DNA of 64,000 nt from Alphaproteobacteria bacterium (GCA_965262615.1 OZ253545.1:1088001-1152000), one strand, 5' to 3'; shown: positions 30,623 to 40,762, numbered from the stretch's first letter. Translations and numbers: made by a program. Notes: generated from the letters alone by a model not told the origin.

Positions 30623-31708
30623 TCATAATCTTTCTTTGATTTTATTCAAGGCTTCTTGAGCATCGCCATGACCTTGCTCGGCGGCTTGTTGCCACCATTC
30701 CATCGCTTTTTCCGTGTCTTGCGGGACACCCTCGCCAGTGAAATAAATGATGCCCAGATAGAACTGAGATTGGGTAAAACCTTGCTGGGCGGCTTTGGTA
30801 ATCCATTGTGCCGCCTGCCGATCATTTGCTTCCACACCGTAGCCATCGTAATAAGCCACGCCCAGATTATGCTGAGCGAAAACAAAACCCTGTCCAGCCG
30901 CTTTTTTGAACCATTTCACGGCTTGTGTTTGATCCCTCGTAATGCCATCACCATTGGCATACGCCATACCGAGATTATGCTGGGCGAGAACAAAACCCTG
31001 TCCAGCCGCTTTTTTATACCACCTGACGGCTTCTTTTTGATTCTGCGCGATGCCATCACCATTGGCATACGCCACAGCGAGATTGTGTCGGGCGAGAACA
31101 AAGCCTTTGTGGGCGGCTTTTGTGTACCATTTGACGGCTTCTTCTTGATCCTTCGTAATCCCATCACCGTTGGCATACGCCACGCCGAGATTGTATTGAG
31201 CAGCGCCAAGATTTTGCTCCGCCGCTTTTGTGTACCACTTGACGGCTTGTGTTTGATCCTTCATAATCCCATAGCCATTGTGATAAGCCACACCCAGATT
31301 GAATTGGGCTTGGGCAAGACCTTGTTCAGCAGCTTTTTGAAACCATTTGCCAGCTTCGGTGTCATTCTGGCTCAAAAGACATTCCACACCGTATTGAAAA
31401 TACCCGCGCGGCGAGCCGAAAAACAAACCCTCCACGAAGAAAAGCGATTTTTTAATGGAAGTTGCCATGTCATCATGTGACATCGGCGGCAATGATTGAA
31501 TCATGGCGGGGGAAAACGCGGCAACGAGAAAGAGACAATTCAACAACAATCCCAAGACTTCTGGCAGTCTTCCCAGCCCATCCGTTGCCGCCATAAGGAG
31601 CAGAACAGGAAAATTGCAACAAATAAGTCTTGCAAGAGCCTCCGACAAATCGCGAGGCAGTTGTTCTTTGATGAATTCTAATGTGATTTTGGTATCAGAA
31701 GCAATCAT
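30623..31708 (-). CDS. Sel1-repeat protein with N-terminal transmembrane segments
   Basis: Paralog of the 27984 gene (LEFIKE..PR, EGLFFGSP.GYF.YG.EC); start MIASD at 31708. Confidence 0.92.
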   Translation of the reverse strand: MIASDTKITLEFIKEQLPRDLSEALARLICCNFPVLLLMAATDGLGRLPEVLGLLLNCLFLVAAFSPAMIQSLPPMSHDDMATSIKKSLFFVEGLFFGSPRGYFQYGVECLLSQNDTEAGKWFQKAAEQGLAQAQFNLGVAYHNGYGIMKDQTQAVKWYTKAAEQNLGAAQYNLGVAYANGDGITKDQEEAVKWYTKAAHKGFVLARHNLAVAYANGDGIAQNQKEAVRWYKKAAGQGFVLAQHNLGMAYANGDGITRDQTQAVKWFKKAAGQGFVFAQHNLGVAYYDGYGVEANDRQAAQWITKAAQQGFTQSQFYLGIIYFTGEGVPQDTEKAMEWWQQAAEQGHGDAQEALNKIKERL

Positions 31709-31751
31709 GCGCCGGACATACCACGACTGCACTTTTCAATCAATATTTTGA

Positions 31752-31829
31752 CAACACCAAGAGGCGGTATTAGGTGGCGACATTGACAAATTTTTGCAGG
31801 CATCTTTGACTGCCCAATTGGAGTCATGA
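31752..31829 (+). repeat. relic copy of prfB 3' end
   Basis: Reads NT-(2-nt insertion)-EAVLGGDIDKFLQASLTAQLES*. Confidence 0.92.
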
Positions 31830-32787
31830 TGATTTTTTAACTACACTCAAGGCTCTTCGAGCTGGGACATAACCTTGTTCATCAGCTTTTTCAAGCCACT
31901 TGACACCTTCTTTTTGATCCTGCGTCACACCCTCGCCTTTACCATAAGCCACACCTAGATTATATTGAGCTGGGGCATCACCTTGTTCGGCGGCTTTTCG
32001 CCACCACCGCACCGCCTCCTCTTTATCCTTATCCACACCGTTGCCATTAAGATAAGCCAAGCCAAGATTGTATTGAGCTTTGGCATAATTTTGTTTGACA
32101 GCTTCTTTGTACCATCGCACTGCTTTCTCTTCATCCTTACCCACACCATTGCCATTTTCATACATCACGCCAAGATTATATTGAGCTTGAACAATTCCTT
32201 GTTGGGCAGCTTCTTGCCACCACCGCACGGCTTCTGTTTGATTCTGCGTCACACCCTCGCCATTGAAATACATCACACCGAGATTATATTGTGCTTCGGC
32301 ATGACCCTTCTGGGCTGCGCTTTTGAAGTGCTGCAACGCTTTTACCTTATTTGGCTTCATCACTATCACCACTGTAATACCTCATACCAAGCCTGAATGC
32401 TTCTTCGGCTTCGTATTTATTTTTCTTGTCTCGCATGAATAAAAGCTCGCCAAGAATTGGAATTCCGATGACTAAAACAATACTAATTGCAAAACCTGAC
32501 AAAAGAACGAGCAGAACAACAAACCCCCAAAAAATGAAGGATGCATCCATATGTGCCACCAGCCAGTTTTCTTGCAAACTTGACAGAGCATCCGCCAATG
32601 CACTAATAGCTAGGGATGAAAAATAAACAATGGGAAGAAAGAATACCGCAAGCCAAAAAAAGTTATGCCAATACCTTGGCAGGTTCTTCATGAAGGCTGA
32701 AACTTCAGATTCTCTAAGGTCACCTATTACTTGATGCTCTGGACGCACAGAGGCTACAAAACCGCTAGTATTTTCATTCTCACCCAT
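31824..32787 (-). pseudogene. frameshifted transmembrane Sel1-repeat gene
   Basis: ORF 32347-32787 ends inside a Sel1 repeat (AFRLGMRYYSGD); ORF 31824-32372 continues it (NKVKALQHFKSAAQKG) in another frame. Confidence 0.8.
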
Positions 32788-32861
32788 CCTCCTATTATAT
32801 CCCCGTCCATATTTTTTGCAACACTTTGCGGGGATTCATCACAAGGGGTGGAGCTGGCGAG

Positions 32862-32906
32862 GGCGCAATTGATGCCTTGGCATCACTCACTGTACAGTTG
32901 AAGTAA
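32862..32906 (+). repeat. degenerate relic of prfB 3' end
   Basis: GGCGCAATTGATGCCTTG-GCATCACTCACTGTACAGTTGAAGTAA, GAIDAL-ASLTVQLK*. Confidence 0.7.
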
Positions 32907-34166
32907 AGCCTCTCGGGCATCGGCATGACCTTGCTCAGCAGCTTTTTGCCACCATTTCACCACTTTTTCATAATTTCGCGCCACCCCCTCACCGTTGGCA
33001 TACATCTCACCAAGATTGAATTGGGCTTCAGCATTCCCTTGTTTGGCAGCTTTTTGATACCACTGCACCGCTTTTTTCTGATCCTGCGTTACCCCCTCAC
33101 CTTCGTCATACATCATACCAAGATATAATTGTGCTAGGGCATAACCTTGTTTGGCAGCTTTTTGCCACCATTCTATCGCTTTTTCCATATTCTGCCTCAA
33201 TCCCCCCTCACCATCGGCATACATGACAGCAAGCATGAATTGGGCTTTGGCGACACCTTGTTGGGCAGCTTGTTGTAACCAGAACACCGCTTTTCCCTTA
33301 TCCTGTGCCACCTCCTCACCGTTCACATACATGACACCAAGAGCTGTTTGAGCTAGGGCATCACCTTGTTGGGCAGCTTTTTGCCACCATTCTATCGCTT
33401 TTTCCTTATCCTGCCTCAATCCCCCCTGCCCTTTGCCGTACATGAGACCAAAATTATATTGGGCTTCAGCATTCCCTTGTTCAGCAGCTTTTTGCCACAA
33501 TTCCACCGCTTTTTCATAATCTTGCGTCACTCCCTTACCGCCATGATACATCAAGCCAAGATTAAATTGAGCATCAGCATAATCTTGTTGGGCAGCTTTT
33601 GTGTACCACTTGACCGCTTCTTTTTTATCCTGCGTCACACCATAGCCATTGGCATAAGCCACACCAAGATTATATTGAGCTGGAGCATCACCTTGCTCAG
33701 CTGCTTTTTGATACCATTGCACCGCTTTTTCATAATTTTGCGTCACCCCCTTACCGGACTCATACATGACACCAAGACCGAATTGGGCTTCGGCAATACC
33801 TTGCTCGGCAGCTTTTAGCCACCATTCCGCCGCTTTTTCATAATTCTGAGTCACCCCATAACCATTGGCATACATGACACCAAGAGAAAATTGGGCTTGA
33901 ACAATATCTTGTTGGGCAGCTTTTTGATACCAGAACATCGCTTTTTCATAATCCTGCGTCACCCCCTCACCGTTGAAATACATAAAGCCAAGATTGTGTT
34001 GGGCTTCGGCATCCCCTTGTTTGGCAGATTGCAATATCTCATATTGCTCATCTGATAACGCTACCGCCACTGAGCTCAAGGCAGGGAATGTAATAAAGAC
34101 AGTGACAAGCAAGAACGCCGCGCGACTCACACGCCGCGCCGATATCTTTGTTTCGTTCCAATTCAT
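32883..34166 (-). CDS. Sel1-repeat protein with signal peptide
   Basis: About 10 repeats; paralog of the 29408 gene; start MNWN at 34166. Confidence 0.93.
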   Translation of the reverse strand: MNWNETKISARRVSRAAFLLVTVFITFPALSSVAVALSDEQYEILQSAKQGDAEAQHNLGFMYFNGEGVTQDYEKAMFWYQKAAQQDIVQAQFSLGVMYANGYGVTQNYEKAAEWWLKAAEQGIAEAQFGLGVMYESGKGVTQNYEKAVQWYQKAAEQGDAPAQYNLGVAYANGYGVTQDKKEAVKWYTKAAQQDYADAQFNLGLMYHGGKGVTQDYEKAVELWQKAAEQGNAEAQYNFGLMYGKGQGGLRQDKEKAIEWWQKAAQQGDALAQTALGVMYVNGEEVAQDKGKAVFWLQQAAQQGVAKAQFMLAVMYADGEGGLRQNMEKAIEWWQKAAKQGYALAQLYLGMMYDEGEGVTQDQKKAVQWYQKAAKQGNAEAQFNLGEMYANGEGVARNYEKVVKWWQKAAEQGHADAREALLQLYSE

Positions 34167-34230
34167 CCAATCACTATACCCCTCGCCCATCTTTTTGCAA
34201 CACTTAGCGACACTGTGTCACCAATGGTGC

Positions 34231-34848
34231 ATGAAACATTTGACCCTTTGTCTTTTATCTTCGTTTTTTCTATCGTCTGTGGCATTGGCGGAGTCCTCGT
34301 CGCCGTTTGATGCCATGGGGGTGCGTGATGTGATGGCATCGGCGCGGGCTGGCGACAAAGAGGCGCAACATGCCCTCGCCATGCGCTATTATCACGGACG
34401 CGGCATCAAGCAGAATCTGGAAAAGGCCTATGAGTGGCACACCAAAGCCGCCATGCAAGATCACAGCGAGTCGCTGAACGAATTGGGATGGATGCACCTC
34501 AACGGTGAGTTCGTGCCGCAAGACGAAGACATCGCCATCGCCTTTTATGAGCGTTCGGCGGCGTTGGGCAATCCTCATGGGTGTGCGCATCTGGCGGAGA
34601 TTTTTGCCATGCGCGGCGACTTCATGAACGCCACCATGCACCTGATGATGGCCAGCGACCCCACCGCAAGCCGCTATGTCATGAGCATGGGACACGCCGA
34701 CCCAGAACTCCTCAAAATGCAAATCATGGATGAACTCACCCCCGAGCAGCTCATCACCGCTCGCCACAACGCCATGACATGGCAGCATCAACGGCGCGAC
34801 ACCATGAACAATCAATCGCCCCTGCCCTTTGCGGTGAGCTTTCAATAA
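34231..34848 (+). CDS. divergent Sel1-repeat exported protein
   Basis: Signal peptide MKHLTL..ALA, 2-3 Sel1 repeats, C-terminal LTPEQL..A...A..W; host-like GC and distinct from the array genes. Confidence 0.85.
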   Translation: MKHLTLCLLSSFFLSSVALAESSSPFDAMGVRDVMASARAGDKEAQHALAMRYYHGRGIKQNLEKAYEWHTKAAMQDHSESLNELGWMHLNGEFVPQDEDIAIAFYERSAALGNPHGCAHLAEIFAMRGDFMNATMHLMMASDPTASRYVMSMGHADPELLKMQIMDELTPEQLITARHNAMTWQHQRRDTMNNQSPLPFAVSFQ

Positions 34849-34988
34849 ATTATCGCTCATTCGCCCCGCTCCCCTTCACCGGGGGGCGAGGCGCGCGGCT
34901 TGTTTTGATGATCGCTCACATGAATTGCCACACAGAGCGTGGCGCGCGAGGCATTGTTTTAATGATCACTTTTTGCTACAGTCCTTCT

Positions 34989-36134
34989 ATGGATGGTCAG
35001 ACACATGTCTCACTGCGTCAAAAAATTGACCACATCCGCACGATCCTGTCGCAAGAATATCAAAGAAAACACAAAGTCCCCTGGATTATCGCCTATTCGG
35101 GCGGTAAAGACAGCACATTTCTTTTGCATCTTGTCATGGAGTGCCTGCACAATGTGCCTGAAGAAAAGCGGGTGCGTCCTGTTTATGTTGTGTCCAATGA
35201 TACCCTTGTGGAAAGTCCGCTTGTGAGTGAGCATTTACACAAAAGCATGAAGAAAATCAAATCATCGGCAAAAAAGCTTAATCTGCCCATCACCGCCACA
35301 ATCACAGAGCCAGCACATTCCGATTCCTTTTGGGTGCAAGTCATTGGCAAAGGATACCCAACGCCCAATCGTATGTTTCGCTGGTGCACCGACCGTCTTA
35401 AAATCAAGCCCTCAACGGAATTCATCAAAAAGCAAGTGAGCCAAAGCGGCAATGTGATTTTACTCATGGGGACACGCAAATCAGAAAGTGCCTCAAGAGC
35501 CGCATCCATCAATCGCCACAAACGCAAAGGCAACAGCATTTACAGTGACCACAATTCGCTGGAGCATTGCAAGGTCTTGTCCCCCATCGTGGATTTTGAG
35601 GATGATGAACTATGGACATTTCTTTTGCAATCCAAGCCCCCCTGGGGAGGCAGCTATCGCAATTTGATTACATTGTATCGCAATGCGCGCGGCGGCGAAT
35701 GCCCCACCGTCTTGAGCAAAACCGAAGCCCCAGGGTGCGGTTCGGCATCGCCGCGTTTTGGCTGTTGGGTCTGCACCGTGGTGGAAAAGGATAGCAGTCT
35801 TGAAGGATTGGTGGATTCGGGCTTTGAGCAGTTTGAGGCATTGGTGGATTTTCGCTTATGGCTACTGGAAATAAGAAGTGACCCCACATATCGCCTCGCC
35901 ATTGACCGCAGAGGCAAAATCCGCACGAGAAAAGACGGCACAATCATGCCAAGAGCCTTTACAATTAAGGCGCGTGAGAAAATTTTGCAAAAACTATTGG
36001 AACTGCAAGAAGAAATGGCGATGAAATTAATTACGCCCCAAGAGATTGAAACAATTCGCGAAATATGGCAAAAAGACAAAGTGATGTTGAACAAGTCACC
36101 ACACAAAAACACACGCCCCGTGTGTGTCATCTAA
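34989..36134 (+). CDS. dndC: DNA phosphorothioation sulfurtransferase DndC (PAPS reductase family)
   Basis: WIIAYSGGKDS, NDTLVESP, FWV.VIGKGYP.P, FRWCTDRLKI.P, RFGCWVCTVV.KD.S. Confidence 0.85.
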   Translation: MDGQTHVSLRQKIDHIRTILSQEYQRKHKVPWIIAYSGGKDSTFLLHLVMECLHNVPEEKRVRPVYVVSNDTLVESPLVSEHLHKSMKKIKSSAKKLNLPITATITEPAHSDSFWVQVIGKGYPTPNRMFRWCTDRLKIKPSTEFIKKQVSQSGNVILLMGTRKSESASRAASINRHKRKGNSIYSDHNSLEHCKVLSPIVDFEDDELWTFLLQSKPPWGGSYRNLITLYRNARGGECPTVLSKTEAPGCGSASPRFGCWVCTVVEKDSSLEGLVDSGFEQFEALVDFRLWLLEIRSDPTYRLAIDRRGKIRTRKDGTIMPRAFTIKAREKILQKLLELQEEMAMKLITPQEIETIREIWQKDKVMLNKSPHKNTRPVCVI

Positions 36135-36152
36135 TCAGTCGGAGTATTCCAA

Positions 36153-37937
36153 ATGACGACAGAAAATGACGACTTGACAATCAGAGAAATGCCTGTTGGG
36201 GAAATTCTCGGAGGAAAATTTCTCGTTCCAGAATATCAGCGCGGCTATCGTTGGAGTAGAGACGAGGTTATAGAACTTCTTGAAGACATTCAAGATGCCC
36301 TCAATGATGGCGATGACTACTATTTCATTGGCTCTTTCAATTTGATTAACGATAATCCAAACAAACCTTTTGAGGTTGTTGATGGGCAACAAAGATTGAC
36401 AACAATTTCATTAATCGCAAGAGAAGCGCGCTTTTTGTTGCAAAAAGAGACTTCTAATTTGGGAGAAGAAGGGGTGGTTCATCTTATGTCAGCCCTTCTT
36501 AAAATTTCAGACGAGGTTGTTCACTTTGATCGAAAAAGTGAACGAGAAGGATTTGAAAAACTTATGAAAGGCGACGCTACGAGCCACGACCAAATGTCAG
36601 TTGCTTCGAAAGAAGTAAAAGAATTTATAAAAAGAAAAAAAGAAGAGACCTCTCATGTAGGAAATACCGATGAGCTTGTTAGGTATATGAATTACCTTCT
36701 CAACAATGTGAAGGTAGTTTTTATCGTTGTTAAAGATGAAAAGATTGCATACAAAATTTTTGAAGCTCTTAATCTTCGGGGCAAACCTCTTGGCACGATA
36801 GATTCAATAAGAATTTTTGTGTTCCGAAATATCAACAGGGAAAAATTTGAGTACTGCTTCAAATTGTGGGAAGACTTGGAGAATACCATGAGAATGACCC
36901 ACAAAAGAGTTGATGACCTTATGACTCAAATGTTTAATACATTCTTTGAGTGTCATAGAGGCATTAGAATTGAGGAAAATCACTTGTTCTCTAAAGTGGA
37001 GAATTCCTTTAAGCAGGAAGCACAAGATGAAAAAGAAAAAGAAAAAGAAAGCCAGAAAATATATCTGGATTTTTTTGAGAAAATCGTATCTATAGATGGT
37101 GGTAGCAAGAAAAATTTTCCTAACTATTACTTGGCTTCTGTTAAGCATGACCATGACCTGTGGAAAAAATTGGATGTGCCGATTTTTTTCAGAGAAGCTT
37201 TGTGCGGAACTAAAATATGGGATGGAAATAAAATATGCAGAGCTCCCATTGCTGCTATGTTTCATGCGTTAAATATGCCAAAACCTCGCATTACAACAGA
37301 ACAAGCTAACAATATTATGCATGACATGTACAGCTTAATTTCTCGCCTTGAAGCGTTGGGAATTCTTCGCGGGCAAAATGTATCAAAATGCAATTCTCGG
37401 CTAGCTGCTTTTGCTAAAAAACTCATCTATACAGAAGAAAATTTTGAGACAATCGCTCAAGAACTTTTTCAAGGCATCCATGACCAAGTTGATGGGGTCA
37501 TGTCTGATAAAGATTTTAGAGTTGAAATGACGGCTAATAAAAAAGTCAGAAGAGACAAAGCAAAAAGATTATTGCGGGATATTGAATTTGCCCGTAACAA
37601 GCAACTTGCCAATGTGGGTAAAGAAATTCACATTGAACACATTTTGCCTCAAAATCCAAATGAAAAAGATTGGAAAGATTTTTCAGTGGAAGATAGGGAT
37701 TACCACACAAATCGCATTGGTAATTTTGCTTTGTTATTGGATGTTGATAATCAAAGAATCGGCAATAAGCCTTTTGCTGATAAAGTGCTTGTATACGCCG
37801 AAAACACGATAACAACAACGAATGAATTAGCCAAAAACACAGATTGGACAAAAGATGATATTGATGAACGCAGTAAGCGGCTGGCAAAAGAGATTGCTGG
37901 TGTATGGAATTTCCATTACTACAACCCCTCACCCTGA
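36153..37937 (+). CDS. DUF262 + DUF1524 protein (GmrSD/SspE-like nuclease)
   Basis: VPEYQRGYRW, VDGQQRLTT, IFEALNLRGKPL, IEHILPQ..IGNFALL...N; AT-rich. Confidence 0.88.
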   Translation: MTTENDDLTIREMPVGEILGGKFLVPEYQRGYRWSRDEVIELLEDIQDALNDGDDYYFIGSFNLINDNPNKPFEVVDGQQRLTTISLIAREARFLLQKETSNLGEEGVVHLMSALLKISDEVVHFDRKSEREGFEKLMKGDATSHDQMSVASKEVKEFIKRKKEETSHVGNTDELVRYMNYLLNNVKVVFIVVKDEKIAYKIFEALNLRGKPLGTIDSIRIFVFRNINREKFEYCFKLWEDLENTMRMTHKRVDDLMTQMFNTFFECHRGIRIEENHLFSKVENSFKQEAQDEKEKEKESQKIYLDFFEKIVSIDGGSKKNFPNYYLASVKHDHDLWKKLDVPIFFREALCGTKIWDGNKICRAPIAAMFHALNMPKPRITTEQANNIMHDMYSLISRLEALGILRGQNVSKCNSRLAAFAKKLIYTEENFETIAQELFQGIHDQVDGVMSDKDFRVEMTANKKVRRDKAKRLLRDIEFARNKQLANVGKEIHIEHILPQNPNEKDWKDFSVEDRDYHTNRIGNFALLLDVDNQRIGNKPFADKVLVYAENTITTTNELAKNTDWTKDDIDERSKRLAKEIAGVWNFHYYNPSP

Positions 37938-38294
37938 GGGTGATTCTAGCAAATCTAATAACGCTTGAATTTTTATTGGTTTTTTCATGAGATGGAGCGT
38001 CATGCCGCGAGGTGATTCCACCGAATTTCGTGATTCCATCGCCTCGCCGCTGAGCATAATCAGATGGGTGATGCCCAGCGCGCGCCACTCATCTGCTGGT
38101 GGGGTGCGTGCGGCGTGGGAGGCTGTCTGGCGGTCGTAAATGAGAGTCACTCGTTTGTGCGGCGGCGGTGCGGTGAGCTCCTTCTTTTGCTTGACCTCTA
38201 TTTTTGCTATGACTTGCTCTATGATGCGTTTGAGTTCCCGCAAGAACAATGCGTCACTGACATCCAGAATCACAAGGTGATGGCGACTTTTCAT
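37929..38294 (-). CDS. degenerate receiver-domain-like small protein
   Basis: Ends ..LMKKPIKIQALL; divergent from the L,D-transpeptidase, where a response regulator often lies in alphaproteobacteria. Confidence 0.4.
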   Translation of the reverse strand: MKSRHHLVILDVSDALFLRELKRIIEQVIAKIEVKQKKELTAPPPHKRVTLIYDRQTASHAARTPPADEWRALGITHLIMLSGEAMESRNSVESPRGMTLHLMKKPIKIQALLDLLESPSG

Positions 38295-38816
38295 ATTTTT
38301 CACACCCCTCACACTCCTTTTCGCGCCCATGCGGGCATTGTCAGATGGCGGCACCATACCATCTCTTGCCTGCTGGGCAAAGCGGGCGTGACGCGCCACA
38401 AGAAAGAAGGCGATGGCGCAACGCCCGTGGGCATCATGCGGGGACACGCATTGTTCTACCGCAGCGACCGCATCCCGCCGCCGCCGTGCCCCATCACCCC
38501 CCGACCCATCCGCCGCTCCATGCGCTACTGTGATGACCCCGCCTCCCCTCTTTACAACCGCCTGTTTTTCACCTCATCCCCGCCGTCATGTTCTCATGAG
38601 CGATTGTGGCGCAATGACGGCATCTACGACATCATCCTCATCCTCACCCACAATCGCCACCCCAAAGTCGCGGGACACGGCAGCGCAATCTTCATTCATC
38701 TAGCAGACAATGAAACCTCCCACACCCAAGGCTGCATAGCTTGTCACTATGACGATTTGTGCAATTTGTTGTCTCATGTCTCTCGCTCAAGTCGCTTTAT
38801 CATCCATCCCTCATGA
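38280..38816 (+). CDS. L,D-transpeptidase (YkuD)-family protein
   Basis: KKEGDGATP.G, CDDP.SP.YN, GSAIFIH...TQGCIA. Confidence 0.88.
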   Translation: MATFHIFHTPHTPFRAHAGIVRWRHHTISCLLGKAGVTRHKKEGDGATPVGIMRGHALFYRSDRIPPPPCPITPRPIRRSMRYCDDPASPLYNRLFFTSSPPSCSHERLWRNDGIYDIILILTHNRHPKVAGHGSAIFIHLADNETSHTQGCIACHYDDLCNLLSHVSRSSRFIIHPS

Positions 38817-38878
38817 TGCGTCTTTCCCCGCACCCCGTCCAATTGCAACAAAGCGATGGAATATGGTAGGATAAGGGT

Positions 38879-40165
38879 ATGTCTGACAAAGCACCCAAAG
38901 CCATTGACAAAACTAGTGAACCTGTGCCTGAGCCCACAAAAGACACTACCAGCAGTGGGTTGGATTATGTGCATCCTGATGCCGTTAACAAATTTATGAA
39001 CCTGACGTTGGACAAAATACCTGAGCAATTGCTCGAGCTTTTAGGTGGAACTGCTTTTTTATTAGCTCTTTTTTATTTTTCTGCCATCATTATTAAAAAA
39101 TGGTTGGAAGCTTTAACACTTTATTCCAAAGATGTTACTGCACATTCGGCTATGAAGCGTTCCCTCTATGCCTCCCTCTATGCCTTTATCGTTATATTTG
39201 CTACAACAGCTATTTATTCAGCGATTGTAACTATCGAAGATTTATTGCCCGAAGAAGGGCAAGATGAATACGAGCGTGGTATAAGGTATTATTACGGGAT
39301 TGGCGTACCAAAAGATTACAAGAAAGCAGCTGAATGGTATCAAGAAGCTGCCGACCAAGGACTCGCCCAAGCCCAAAATAATCTTGGTGTGAGGTATGAG
39401 CGCGGCGAGGGTGTACCACAGGATTATGAAAAAGCGGTGGAATGGTATCAAGAGGCTGCCGACCAAGGACTCGCCCAAGCCCAAAACAATCTTGGTGTGA
39501 TGTATGCCAACGGTTATGGGGTGACACAGGATTATAAAAAAGCGGTGGAATGGTATCAAAAAGCTGCCAAGCAAGGAAATGCCCAAGCCCAAAACAATCT
39601 TGGTGATATGTATTACAGTGGTGATGGTGTGCCACAGGATTATAAAAAAGCGGTGAAATTCTATCAAGAAGCTGCCGACCAAGGACTCGCCCAAGCCCAA
39701 AGCAATCTTGGTTGGATGTATTACAACGGTTATGGTGTGACGCAGGATAGAAAAGAAGCTGTGGAATGGTGGCAAAAAGCTGCCGAGCAAGGATTCGCCA
39801 AAGCCCAGTTTAATCTTGGTGCGGCGTATATCAAAGGTGATGATGTTAAGCAGGATTATGAAAAAGCGTTTGAATGGTATCAAAAAGCTGCCGAGCAAGG
39901 TTATGTCCAAGCCCAAACCAGTTTTGGTTTCATGTATGCCATGGGGCAGGGGGTGACGCAGGATTATAGAAAAGCGAAGGAGTGGTGGGAAAAAGCTGCC
40001 GACCAAGGGGATGCCCAAGCCCAATTCAATCTTGGTTGGATGTATGAACACGGTGACGGGGTGACGAAAGATATAAAAAAAGCGATTGAATGGTATGAAA
40101 AAGCTGCCAAGCGAGGTCTTGAGGTAGCTATAGATGCTCTCAAAAGATTAAATAAAAACAAGTGA
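38879..40165 (+). CDS. Sel1-repeat protein with N-terminal transmembrane segments
   Basis: Two hydrophobic helices then about 8 Sel1 repeats. Confidence 0.93.
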   Translation: MSDKAPKAIDKTSEPVPEPTKDTTSSGLDYVHPDAVNKFMNLTLDKIPEQLLELLGGTAFLLALFYFSAIIIKKWLEALTLYSKDVTAHSAMKRSLYASLYAFIVIFATTAIYSAIVTIEDLLPEEGQDEYERGIRYYYGIGVPKDYKKAAEWYQEAADQGLAQAQNNLGVRYERGEGVPQDYEKAVEWYQEAADQGLAQAQNNLGVMYANGYGVTQDYKKAVEWYQKAAKQGNAQAQNNLGDMYYSGDGVPQDYKKAVKFYQEAADQGLAQAQSNLGWMYYNGYGVTQDRKEAVEWWQKAAEQGFAKAQFNLGAAYIKGDDVKQDYEKAFEWYQKAAEQGYVQAQTSFGFMYAMGQGVTQDYRKAKEWWEKAADQGDAQAQFNLGWMYEHGDGVTKDIKKAIEWYEKAAKRGLEVAIDALKRLNKNK

Positions 40166-40222
40166 TACCATCGCCATCTCTTCCGTGTTGTGAAGAATGT
40201 GGCGATGGGATATGGTGAGGGG

Positions 40223-40762
40223 ATGGGTTGGAATAAAGCAAATGTATTGGCGAGGCGTGGTGGTGGCACGGCGTTTTTGTTTGCCATTGTCGTCATTGCT
40301 CATACGGGCTGGATGGCGAGCGTGGCTCATGCTGATGCAACGGAAGAAGTGCAACAATGGATAGAATTCGCGAAGGGAGGCAGTGCCTTTTACCAAAACG
40401 AGGTTGGTTCTGCGTATGCCGATGGTCGGGGTGTCACGAAGGATTATGAAGAAGCGGTGTTCTGGTATCGCAGAGCCGCCGAACAAGGAAATGCCCTCGC
40501 CCAAGCCAATCTTGGGGTGATGTATAGGGATGGGATGGGTGTCACGCAGGATGATGAGGAAGCGGTGGAATGGTGGAAAAAAGCCGCCGAGCAAGAGAAT
40601 GCCATAGCTCAATTCAATCTTGGGGTGATGTATGGCAAGGGGATAGGCGTGGCACAGAGTGATGAAAAAGCCGTCTATTGGCTCACAAAAGCCGCCGAAC
40701 AAGGCGATGAAGATGCAACAGAAGTTCTCAAAACATTAGAAGAGTTAGAAAACAACAAGTGA
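40223..40762 (+). CDS. Sel1-repeat protein with signal peptide
   Basis: 3 repeats, AHA cleavage site; start MGWN at 40223. Confidence 0.9.
   Translation: MGWNKANVLARRGGGTAFLFAIVVIAHTGWMASVAHADATEEVQQWIEFAKGGSAFYQNEVGSAYADGRGVTKDYEEAVFWYRRAAEQGNALAQANLGVMYRDGMGVTQDDEEAVEWWKKAAEQENAIAQFNLGVMYGKGIGVAQSDEKAVYWLTKAAEQGDEDATEVLKTLEELENNK

Noticed and set aside
27914-34203. Classical integron
   Set aside because: No intI and no attC-type palindromes with RYYYAAC/GTTRRRY ends seen; units carry their own promoters.
34860-34892. Structured ncRNA upstream of dndC
   Set aside because: Only a TCGCCCC..GGGGCGA hairpin just after a stop codon; at most a terminator, no RNA family recognised.
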